Under the pieces are notes generated by a model that saw only the letters and a list, made by a program, of their open reading frames with translations, ran no database searches and was not told the DNA's origin. Source: Bradymonadia bacterium (GTDB lineage Bacteria; Myxococcota_A; Bradymonadia; UBA7976; UBA1532). Taken from it: a stretch of DNA of 64,000 nt. Positions 56,411 through 64,000 of the stretch are shown one piece after another. The stretch spans positions 288,001 to 352,000 of the forward strand of contig JBKAGE010000037.1 of NCBI GenBank assembly GCA_046290225.1, read 5' to 3'. How positions within the stretch are numbered: position 1 is the first letter of the stretch; each line of letters opens with the position of its first letter. Position numbers and translations under genes: made by a program.

Positions 56411-57004
56411 ATGCGATCTCTCACTGCTCTGTTGCTCCTCGGCCTCTCTGGCTGTGGTGGCACGCCCAAGCAGCAGGTCATCCCCGAGTTCCCTCTGAAG
56501 GCCATGCGCAGCCCTCACGCCCGTGGTGTGAAGCTCTATGTCTCACCGCAAGGCATGGTGGACAAAGTCGCCGTCGCCGTGGCCCGAGAAGCTCTGCCAG
56601 ACTGGACCTTCGCCCTCGCTGATGCACAGCTCGGCGCCGGGACCGACATCGAGTTCGAGATCGAGCAGTACGCCAATGGCGACGAGATCTACGAGATCAC
56701 CCGACTCGTGGAGGGCAAGCCGAAAGAGATCGCGATCCGCGGCACGGATCGCAAAGTGGTGTACTTCGAAGACAAGGGCCTCGATGTCGGCGACTTGCCT
56801 GAGGCAGTGCGCACCGCCCTCGACACCCCACCAGGTGGCCTCGAGGTCATGGGCATTCAACATCAGAGGCGAGCAGACGGCACGGACCGCTACACGATCA
56901 AAGGCCGTCGGCAGGGCGTGCCGGTCTCAGTCACATTCAGCGCCAAAGGGCAGAAGCTCTCAGAGCGGCATGTGCTCCCTGGCGATCTGGCTCTCGATCG
57001 CTGA
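56411..57004 (+). CDS. Lipoprotein with PepSY/BLIP-like repeats
   Basis: Lipobox LSGC; two repeats of LP..V...YEI...G. Confidence 0.65.
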   Translation: MRSLTALLLLGLSGCGGTPKQQVIPEFPLKAMRSPHARGVKLYVSPQGMVDKVAVAVAREALPDWTFALADAQLGAGTDIEFEIEQYANGDEIYEITRLVEGKPKEIAIRGTDRKVVYFEDKGLDVGDLPEAVRTALDTPPGGLEVMGIQHQRRADGTDRYTIKGRRQGVPVSVTFSAKGQKLSERHVLPGDLALDR

Positions 57005-57008
57005 CGCC

Positions 57009-57812
57009 TCACCCCCACAACTGGTGAAAGTGATGTACGGGGCCATGTCCGTGGCCCACCTGTAGATCGTCGGCAGACTTGATCGCCCCGCCGAGCCAGC
57101 GTGTGGCCTCGCGGACGGCCTCGGGCAACGCCATCCCGTGGGCCAGCGCCGCGGCGATGGCCGAGGAGAGGCTGCAACCGGTGCCATGGGTGTTTTCGGT
57201 GTGGATTCGAGTGCTGGCGTAACGCGTCACCCCGCCCTCATCGACGAGCAGGTCGACACAGATCTCCCCCGTGAGGTGCCCACCCTTCATCAGGACCGCT
57301 GACGCCCCGAGATCTCTCAACGCCTCGGCGGCCTGGACCATGCTGTCTTCGTCCGCAGGTGCCTGAGCGCCGAGAAGTACACCCGCTTCAGGCAGGTTGG
57401 GGGTGATCACGGTGGCCATGGGCAACAGCCGATGTTTGAGGGTGTCCACAGCTTCGGGCTGCAGCAGATCATCGCCGCTCTTGGCCACCATGACCGGGTC
57501 GAGCACGATCGTACGCACCGCGTGACGCTCCAGAGCCGAGGCCACCACTTCGATGACCTCGGGCTGGCTGAGCATGCCGATCTTCACCGCAGCGATGTCC
57601 AGATCGCTCAACACCGCATCGAGCTGAGCGGTGATGAAGGCCGGTGGCACATCGTGTACCCCAGTCACCGCCTGCGTGTTCTGGGCGGTGAGGGCGGTGA
57701 TGACCGAGGCGCCATACACCTTCATGGCCGAGAACGCTTTGAGATCTGCCTGAATCCCAGCGCCGCCGCTGGGATCAGAGCCGGCGATGGTGAGCACGTT
57801 GGGAATCGTCAT
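57009..57812 (-). CDS. thiD: Hydroxymethylpyrimidine/phosphomethylpyrimidine kinase
   Basis: Motifs [29 protein letters not shown] and THGTGC. Confidence 0.97.
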   Translation of the reverse strand: MTIPNVLTIAGSDPSGGAGIQADLKAFSAMKVYGASVITALTAQNTQAVTGVHDVPPAFITAQLDAVLSDLDIAAVKIGMLSQPEVIEVVASALERHAVRTIVLDPVMVAKSGDDLLQPEAVDTLKHRLLPMATVITPNLPEAGVLLGAQAPADEDSMVQAAEALRDLGASAVLMKGGHLTGEICVDLLVDEGGVTRYASTRIHTENTHGTGCSLSSAIAAALAHGMALPEAVREATRWLGGAIKSADDLQVGHGHGPVHHFHQLWG

Positions 57813-58492
57813 GGGTTTGCCTTCTCGCTGGAGGCCCCTGCAGACGCCGAGAGGGCCAGGTCGATGCGCGCCCGGAGCGCGCGCGCTGATTCAGTGACTT
57901 CGCTCAACGCGGTCTTCGGGCCGCCGAAGACCGCAGAGACCACGGCGATGCTGTGCGCTCCGGCCTCGATGACCGAGGTGAGGTTGTGGGCCTTGAGGCC
58001 ACCGATGGCCACGAGGGGCAGGGCCGTGGCCTCAGAGATGGCCGAGACACCCTCGAGGCCCAGCGGAGGTGCGGTGTCTGTCTTGGTGGGGGTACCGAAG
58101 ACCGGGCTCGCTGCCACATAGTCCACTGCAGCGCTCACCGTCTTCAGATCGTCGAGGCGCTCCAGGGACAGCCCGATGATGGCCTCTGTCCCCAGAAGGC
58201 GACGCGCCTCGTCAGGGGGCAGATCTGACTGCCCAAGGTGGACTCCATCGGCGCCGATGGCCCACGCCACGTCTGCCCGGTCGTTCACGATCAGAGGCAC
58301 CCCGGTGCCCTCGAGCGCCGACATCAAAGCGCGACCGTGGGACAACATGCGACCCACATCGCCCTTGTCTCGCAGTTGAACCAGGGTGACGCCACCCTCC
58401 ACTGCAGCGAGGACCACCTGAACCAGATCGCGCTCGCCGAGCAGATCGGGATCAGTGACGAGATACAGGCGCGGATCGAAAGCCGCGCTCAC
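57809..58492 (-). CDS. thiE: Thiamine-phosphate synthase
   Basis: Motifs LYLVTD, QLRDK, NDRAD, GVHLGQSD, TPTK and VAIGG. Confidence 0.97.
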   Translation of the reverse strand: MSAAFDPRLYLVTDPDLLGERDLVQVVLAAVEGGVTLVQLRDKGDVGRMLSHGRALMSALEGTGVPLIVNDRADVAWAIGADGVHLGQSDLPPDEARRLLGTEAIIGLSLERLDDLKTVSAAVDYVAASPVFGTPTKTDTAPPLGLEGVSAISEATALPLVAIGGLKAHNLTSVIEAGAHSIAVVSAVFGGPKTALSEVTESARALRARIDLALSASAGASSEKANP

Positions 58493-59304
58493 TGCAGCTT
58501 CACGCCATGCAGGGTGGCCTCTTCGTCGAGGGTGTACAGGCTGTCGAGCAAGTGCGCCTTGAAGGTGCCCGGCCCCTGGCCCTTCTGAGCGGCGATCTCC
58601 CCGGCGAGGCCGTACACGGCGAAGGCGCTGGTGACGGCCTTGAGCGCATCGGACTCCACGGCAAGGAAAGCCCCGAGCACGCCACTCAGAGAGCAGCCCA
58701 TGGCAGTGACTCGGGTGAAGAGCACGTGGCCGTTGTGCACCTGGGCCACCCGCTCACCATCCGTGATGACGTCCACCTCACCGCTCACGGCGACCACGAG
58801 GCCGAGGGTCCTCGCCATGGCCGTGGCCGCGCCGAGGGCCTGGGCCGAGCTGTGGGTGGAATCCACGCCCTTCCCCGAGGCGGCCTCGGCGGTGATGCCC
58901 GCGGCCCCGGCGAGGGCCATGATCTCGGAGGCGTTCCCTCGCACCACCGTCGGCCCGAGACGCAACAATTTCACCGCCACATCGGTGCGGTAGGGCGTAG
59001 CGCCGACCCCCACAGGATCAAGCACCACGGGCGTGCCTTTGGCCCTGGCGGTCTGCATGGAGGCCTCCATGGCTTCGACCCAACGCGGGCTCAGGGTGCC
59101 GATGTTCACCACCAGCGCGCTGGCGATGCCGGCGAAGTCACTGGCCTCTTCCACGGCGTGGATCATCGCTGGCGATGCGCCCACGGCGAGCAGGGCGTTG
59201 GCGCTGATCTGCATGGCAACATAGTTGGTGATGTTGTGTACCAGGGGACCCTGGTCACGGACGGCCTTGAGGGTCTGCCAGACGTCGGCGGGGGTGAAAC
59301 TCAT
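58489..59304 (-). CDS. thiM: Hydroxyethylthiazole kinase
   Basis: Motifs PLVHNITNYV, GASPAM, LDPVGVGAT, RGNASEI and TAMGC. Confidence 0.97.
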   Translation of the reverse strand: MSFTPADVWQTLKAVRDQGPLVHNITNYVAMQISANALLAVGASPAMIHAVEEASDFAGIASALVVNIGTLSPRWVEAMEASMQTARAKGTPVVLDPVGVGATPYRTDVAVKLLRLGPTVVRGNASEIMALAGAAGITAEAASGKGVDSTHSSAQALGAATAMARTLGLVVAVSGEVDVITDGERVAQVHNGHVLFTRVTAMGCSLSGVLGAFLAVESDALKAVTSAFAVYGLAGEIAAQKGQGPGTFKAHLLDSLYTLDEEATLHGVKLQ

Positions 59305-59380
59305 CGAGAAGCTCCGGGCACATGGGGTGGCGCCGGGCAGGGAGGGCCCATGGGCGCACGCATGCACGCCCATGTGCGGT

Positions 59381-59473
59381 ATCGACTCCCTCCGCCGGCA
59401 TCATCCGGTTCAGGTTCGACGGGTCTACTCTCAGCACAGAGCCCCTGAGTGAGGCCCGGCGCACCCCGGCGAT
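59381..59473 (-). ncRNA. TPP riboswitch
   Basis: The minus strand reads GGGGTGC...GCTGAGA.TAGACCC...GAACCTGAACCGGATGATGCCGGCGGAGGGA, upstream of thiMED. Confidence 0.95.
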
Positions 59474-59580
59474 ACATGGGCTGGCATTTGGGGCGAGGGC
59501 CGGCGCCCTGTCAAGAGACAGCGAGACGCAGCTGGTACAGCGGTTGCTCTGGTGATGGGCAACCCCCTGACCAGGAGCAC

Positions 59581-60864
59581 ATGATGAACCCCACCACACA
59601 TCTGTCCATTCGAGAGAGCACGTTGTTGATCTGCCCCCGGTGTGGCGCCCGGAACGTCGGCCTCGTCGGTCGAGGCTGCCCCATCTGTCCGAGCGCCATG
59701 GTGGCCTGCCAGGTCGCGAACACATTGTCCGGTGATCCGGATCTCGGCCGTGTGCTCGACGGACAATATGCACTCGTCGACCGGCTCAGCACCGGCGGTC
59801 TGTCGGTGATGTACTGTGGCGTGCGGGTGCCTCAGCACCGGCCCGTGGTGGTGAAGATCGAGCAACGTGTCGAGAGCGAATCACTCAAACAGGCCCTGAG
59901 CCGATGCCTCACCCGTGAGATCGAACTGTTACAGAGCCTTGAGCATCATGCCCTGCCTCGATTGCTCGACGTGTTCTACGACAAAGAGCGCATTTGCATG
60001 GTGGTGGATCACCCCGAAGAGACCACCCTCGAGCATCACCTGCTCGATCTGGGCCCCAGGCTCACCCCACAAGAAGCGCTGCGCATCACCAGCGCACTCC
60101 TGGAGATCGTCGACGGTTTGCACAATTTGGGGCTGGTGCACCGCAACCTCTCCGCCAGCGGGATCAGCATTGGGGGCACCCATGAGAAGCCACGCCTACG
60201 TTTGCTCGACCTGGGACGGGCCTGCTTCAACGATGCCGCCGAGCTGAGCCACACACGGCACGAAACCCTCGTCCAGACTCAGCGCGGGCTGCTTCTGGGC
60301 ACGCTGCAATACTTCTCACCAGAGCAGCTGCTCGGCGAGCGTGGGGATCATCGCGCCGACATCTATGCCATCGGGGTCCTGCTCCACCGCATGCTCACGG
60401 GCGGGTTCCCCTTCAAAGCCAGTGTCAGGCTCTCCGACCTGCAGCATCGGGTCTCGTCACCTCCGCCGAGCCTCCCGAGCCCACTCTCCAGGCATCACCC
60501 CCTCAACGCCCTCGTGATGCAGGCCCTTGCACTCAACCCTGAGGATCGTTTTCAGAGCGCCGCCGAAATGGCTGAAGTCACTGACCGTGTGCTGTCGCGC
60601 CTCACCCACCCCCCGCGGCATGCGCAAGAGACGAACGAAGTGCACATGTCGAAGGTGATGGACCAGCTGCGGGCCCAGGGCATCGAACTGAATGGGCAGG
60701 CAGCACACAGCGAGCAACGCCACACAGACGGCGACGGGATCGCCCAGCTGGTGGCCAGCCTGGACGAGAATACTCAGACCTGCCTTCAGCCCCACCATCA
60801 ACCCCCCCACCAGCCACTAATGAGTCGAGCCATGCGCTGGCTCAACACCCGACTGGGATCTTGA
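59581..60864 (+). CDS. Ser/Thr kinase-like protein with N-terminal Zn-ribbon; probable pseudokinase
   Basis: AGGAG RBS; CPRC/CPIC; VVVK; HRNLSASG in place of HRDxKxxN; DLG; GTLQYFSPE. Confidence 0.85.
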   Translation: MMNPTTHLSIRESTLLICPRCGARNVGLVGRGCPICPSAMVACQVANTLSGDPDLGRVLDGQYALVDRLSTGGLSVMYCGVRVPQHRPVVVKIEQRVESESLKQALSRCLTREIELLQSLEHHALPRLLDVFYDKERICMVVDHPEETTLEHHLLDLGPRLTPQEALRITSALLEIVDGLHNLGLVHRNLSASGISIGGTHEKPRLRLLDLGRACFNDAAELSHTRHETLVQTQRGLLLGTLQYFSPEQLLGERGDHRADIYAIGVLLHRMLTGGFPFKASVRLSDLQHRVSSPPPSLPSPLSRHHPLNALVMQALALNPEDRFQSAAEMAEVTDRVLSRLTHPPRHAQETNEVHMSKVMDQLRAQGIELNGQAAHSEQRHTDGDGIAQLVASLDENTQTCLQPHHQPPHQPLMSRAMRWLNTRLGS

Positions 60865-60924
60865 ATCTCCCGCGCGGCTCAGGTCCAATGTGCGCCCTCA
60901 CCCACATCACTTCATGAGGGCCTC

Positions 60925-62472
60925 ATGCGTCACTCGCTCTCCATCGCCTTGCTGAGCCTCTGTGGTGCTGTCGCCTGCAATGATGACAGCCCAAAACCCA
61001 CATCGCCCCCACCTGCGCCCGTAGACGAGCTGCTCGACGACGATCCCACTGGGGGGCTGGACGGCAAGACCGACAACACGGCAAGCCGCGCGCGTCGCAT
61101 CCAAGTCCTCGGCCGACTCACACTCGACGCAGGTGAGTGGGTGTCTGTGTCCACGCCAGAGGGCATCGCCACGGCCTACACCTTTCATGCGCCAGCAGGC
61201 ATGACGTTGAGCCTGAGCGCGGAGGGTGCCTCGGCTCTACGTGTCTACGCCCCCCGCCCTGTGGGCAATGACTGGGGCGAGCCCATCTGGGCCCATCTGA
61301 GCGATACCCCTGAAGGGGATCCCGAAGTGCTCGACGTCGTGCTCGACGAGGCGGGCCTCTATGCAGTGGAGGTGGTGCCCGAAGCCGGGCACACGCCAAA
61401 GCTGACCGCGCGCTGCAGCAGCGTGCAATGCACCCGCCCGAGCTGGCCACTCCCCACCGTGGAGGGTGCCCTGTCGCTCACGGCCGTGGGCGATCTGGGC
61501 CTCACGGTGAGCCGCGCGCCGATCGACAGCGAAGGTGGGTACAAATATGGCGAGTTCCATTACTGGCACGAGATGCTTGAGGGCTTCGATCACTTCATCA
61601 ACGCAGATCTCAACCTTGTGAATCTCGAGACCGCAGTGACCACGCGTGGTGAGGCCGCCGAGAAGACCTACACCTTCCGGATGCCCGCTGAAGCCCTGGA
61701 GGCCACTCTGGACGCTGGCTTCAACGTGATGTCCCTGGCGAACAACCACACAGGCGACTACGGCGCCATCGGGGTCGAGGACACCCTGGAGCACTTGAAG
61801 CAAGCCGCAGAGCAGCGCCCTCTGCTGGCGTGGGCAGGTGCGGGGATGACCTTTGACGACGCCGTGGCCCCACGGATCTTCGAGCACGAAGGTGTCACCG
61901 TCGCCCTGAGCAGCATCGGCATCGGCAGAGGGGCTCGATGGAGCGGCGGCGTCGGCGTCGCCCACATCTACGATGATGACGCAGCCATCGAGCGCCTGAT
62001 GGCCGCAGAAGCTGACATCCACATCCTGGCGGTGCACGGGGGCACAGAGCGCAAGCTCGAACCCACTGCGCAGATTCAGGGCATCGCCCACAAGGCCGTC
62101 GACGCTGGCGTCGATCTCGTCTGGGGACACCACCCCCACGTGACTCAGGGCATCGAGCGCCGAGGCGAAGGACTGATCATGTACAGCCTGGGCAACTACG
62201 CTCTTCGTGGCGCCCGAAACATGGGCACCCTCGCCGTCGATCTCGACTACGGCCTTGCGGTCCGGCTGATGTACGACCGCGAAGCGAAGCGCTTTAGCCG
62301 CCTCGAAGCAGCCCCCATCTTCGACATGCACCGCGTGGTGCGCCCATTGCGCACGGTAGAGCGCACCGCCGAGCGGATTCGTCGCCTGAACAATCGCGGC
62401 GAGGCTCTGGGTGAAGGCGGGATGAAGTTCGAGATCGACGAGGCGACGGGGATGGGCTGGGTCGAGCTCTGA
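60925..62472 (+). CDS. CapA/poly-gamma-glutamate synthesis family metallophosphatase lipoprotein
   Basis: Lipobox AVAC; motifs VGD, NLET, SLANNHTGDYG, HGGTE, GHHPHV and YSLGN. Confidence 0.9.
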   Translation: MRHSLSIALLSLCGAVACNDDSPKPTSPPPAPVDELLDDDPTGGLDGKTDNTASRARRIQVLGRLTLDAGEWVSVSTPEGIATAYTFHAPAGMTLSLSAEGASALRVYAPRPVGNDWGEPIWAHLSDTPEGDPEVLDVVLDEAGLYAVEVVPEAGHTPKLTARCSSVQCTRPSWPLPTVEGALSLTAVGDLGLTVSRAPIDSEGGYKYGEFHYWHEMLEGFDHFINADLNLVNLETAVTTRGEAAEKTYTFRMPAEALEATLDAGFNVMSLANNHTGDYGAIGVEDTLEHLKQAAEQRPLLAWAGAGMTFDDAVAPRIFEHEGVTVALSSIGIGRGARWSGGVGVAHIYDDDAAIERLMAAEADIHILAVHGGTERKLEPTAQIQGIAHKAVDAGVDLVWGHHPHVTQGIERRGEGLIMYSLGNYALRGARNMGTLAVDLDYGLAVRLMYDREAKRFSRLEAAPIFDMHRVVRPLRTVERTAERIRRLNNRGEALGEGGMKFEIDEATGMGWVEL

Positions 62473-62485
62473 GTCCAGACTGGGC

Positions 62486-63571
62486 TCAGGCCACCTCGAC
62501 GTCGAAGCCCGTCACATAACGCAGCTCCGTGGGATCTCCAGCCTCTTCCCAACGATAACGCGCGTTCCGCAGCACCTCACCCTGCTCGTTGATCGCCAGC
62601 AGCCCGAAGCTCAGATCTGTGTCGTAGCGGCCGTCGATGGTCACCTGGATCACCTCGTCGGCCACGGCGATGCCCCGGCACCAGTTGGGCTCCCGGCCCA
62701 ACGAGGTCTCTTCGAGGCGGATCAGCTTCGAGACCATGTCCCGCAGGTACACTCCGGGGGCCTCGACACGATCGAGCTCCTGGTGGGTGTGGTGCTGGTC
62801 GAGATGTGGCGAGGCGATGATCACCTTGCCATCGATGCTGGTGAAGAAGAAGCGTGACCCGACCTTGCGGCCGTCGTGCAGCAGCGCCGGCGTGCAGAGG
62901 TTCATGAGCTTCAGCCGCGCCGTGCGCTTCACAGGGTCGACCACCACGAAGCAGTTGGCATTGCGGCTGGTGAGCCACAGCTCACCATCGATGCGCTGCA
63001 CATAATTGAAGTGCCAGTACCCCGTGCTCCCCCGAAACTGCTTGCCCACGAAGCGCCAGTCCACGCCTTCGGCCCCGCTGTCGGTGGTGATCGACAAATC
63101 AGAGTGCACGCGGAAGTGTTCGACGACGTTGCCGTCGAGATCGGTGATCACCACCGTGTCACGGGGGGTGAGCACGGTGACCACGTGATCCTCCTCGGCC
63201 CAGATTCCGTGCATGTCGGACATCATCTCGTGGCTGATGATGCCCTCGAGGCTCAAGTCATCGCGGTTGATGACGTACACCCCGTTCCAGCTGCCGGCGT
63301 ACACACGATCACCAGCAACTGAGAGCCCAGTGAGGCCAAAGCGCGGCAAACGCTTGAACGAGGGCTGCTCGGCCCCGGGCTGCGTACCTCGGATCACGTC
63401 ACCGAGCTCGGCGAAGTCTTCCGGCGCCCTGGGGAATGGGTAGCTGTGGGCCACTCGAACATCGCCCTGCACGGACCACAGCGCTGGCCGCGGCCCGTTG
63501 CCCAGGGTGATGTCGAGGTTCTGATAACCGTGGACGAAGCTGACGAGGGTGCGCTGGTCGAGGGGGTGCAT
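62486..63571 (-). CDS. Hypothetical beta-propeller protein
   Basis: GGAG RBS and strong codon bias; repeated beta blades with DMHGI, HFN, LHDG and WCRGIA. Confidence 0.7.
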   Translation of the reverse strand: MHPLDQRTLVSFVHGYQNLDITLGNGPRPALWSVQGDVRVAHSYPFPRAPEDFAELGDVIRGTQPGAEQPSFKRLPRFGLTGLSVAGDRVYAGSWNGVYVINRDDLSLEGIISHEMMSDMHGIWAEEDHVVTVLTPRDTVVITDLDGNVVEHFRVHSDLSITTDSGAEGVDWRFVGKQFRGSTGYWHFNYVQRIDGELWLTSRNANCFVVVDPVKRTARLKLMNLCTPALLHDGRKVGSRFFFTSIDGKVIIASPHLDQHHTHQELDRVEAPGVYLRDMVSKLIRLEETSLGREPNWCRGIAVADEVIQVTIDGRYDTDLSFGLLAINEQGEVLRNARYRWEEAGDPTELRYVTGFDVEVA

Positions 63572-63640
63572 GCGATCTCCGAGTGAAGCTCTCGATGATC
63601 ATGCATCGGCAAACGCGCGTGGCCAGTTTATGCGGCATAC

Positions 63641-63935
63641 TCAGCGGCGGCGCTTCCAGTCATCTGGGTGACGCGCCACATGCAATATCGCGAAGACTAC
63701 GATCGCGTTCAGGCTCTGCTCGAGGCTGTAGTAAACCGCATAGGGGAACTTGGACAAGAGCGCGCGGCGAGTGCCGGAGTCGTCGATGGTTGAATACAAC
63801 TCGGGATGCTGTACGACAGTGTTCAGGGTGTGCTCGACCTCTGCTCGGAACTCGTGCACCAACTCTGGCACCTGGCGTTGATACCAGAGGCAGGCAGACA
63901 TCAACTCATTTTCAGCAGGAGGAGCGCCCGCTCAC
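63641..63935 (-). pseudogene. RelE/ParE family toxin with apparently frameshifted 5' end
   Basis: Motifs AENEL..A.LWY, RRALLSKFPYAVYY and VFAILHVARHP. The coupled GTG at 63935 is out of frame; a TTG at 63904 could still give a truncated product. Confidence 0.65.
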
Positions 63936-64000
63936 CCACCACTCAGCTCATCATTGAGGCGTGACCGCACAGCGCTCCAAGCCTTCAACTTCGCGGGCTC
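63932..64000 (-). CDS. C-terminus of putative addiction-module antitoxin (partial)
   Basis: Reads EPAKLKAWSAVRSRLNDELSGG*; a WxxVxxR ending directly upstream of a ParE-like toxin. Confidence 0.55.
   Translation of the reverse strand, partial: EPAKLKAWSAVRSRLNDELSGG

Noticed and set aside
1..64000. Frequent CTCGAG/TCGA/GATC words
   Set aside because: Explicable by preferred codon pairs such as CTC-GAG and ATC-GAC; enrichment cannot be shown without a Markov-model count.

Overview
High-GC chromosomal segment, most likely from a Myxococcota/Bradymonadia-like deltaproteobacterium. This is inferred from a MYXO-CTERM-type tail, Cys-rich CDGxDNDCDG surface repeats, a RedB-like protein and many Ser/Thr kinases. 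About 47 genes can be supported. Housekeeping and metabolism: deoC, thyA, recX, thiM-thiE-thiD behind a clear TPP riboswitch, and a DprE1/DprE2-like pair. Signalling: a STAND-type kinase/His-kinase hybrid, a PAS hybrid kinase, an MCP, a CheX-like protein, an ECF/NrsF pair with its own promoter, and a TetR regulator with two operators. Envelope and secreted proteins: an L,D-transpeptidase, a GH31 hydrolase, a thioester alpha-2-macroglobulin, an Omp85 barrel and two Cys-rich giant proteins. A ParE-type toxin-antitoxin module sits at the right edge. No rRNA, tRNA, CRISPR array, transposase or integrase was seen. The most unusual items are: (1) a pseudokinase/Cys-less thiolase/DUF35-like OB-fold triple fusion; (2) an apparent membrane-anchored ECF-sigma/anti-sigma fusion; (3) an FGE/C-type-lectin-fold protein with a ~150-aa domain inserted in its ligand-binding end; (4) a toxin gene whose coupled start is out of frame; and (5) several candidate structured or antisense RNAs. 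All family calls are by-eye motif recognition; no database search was run.
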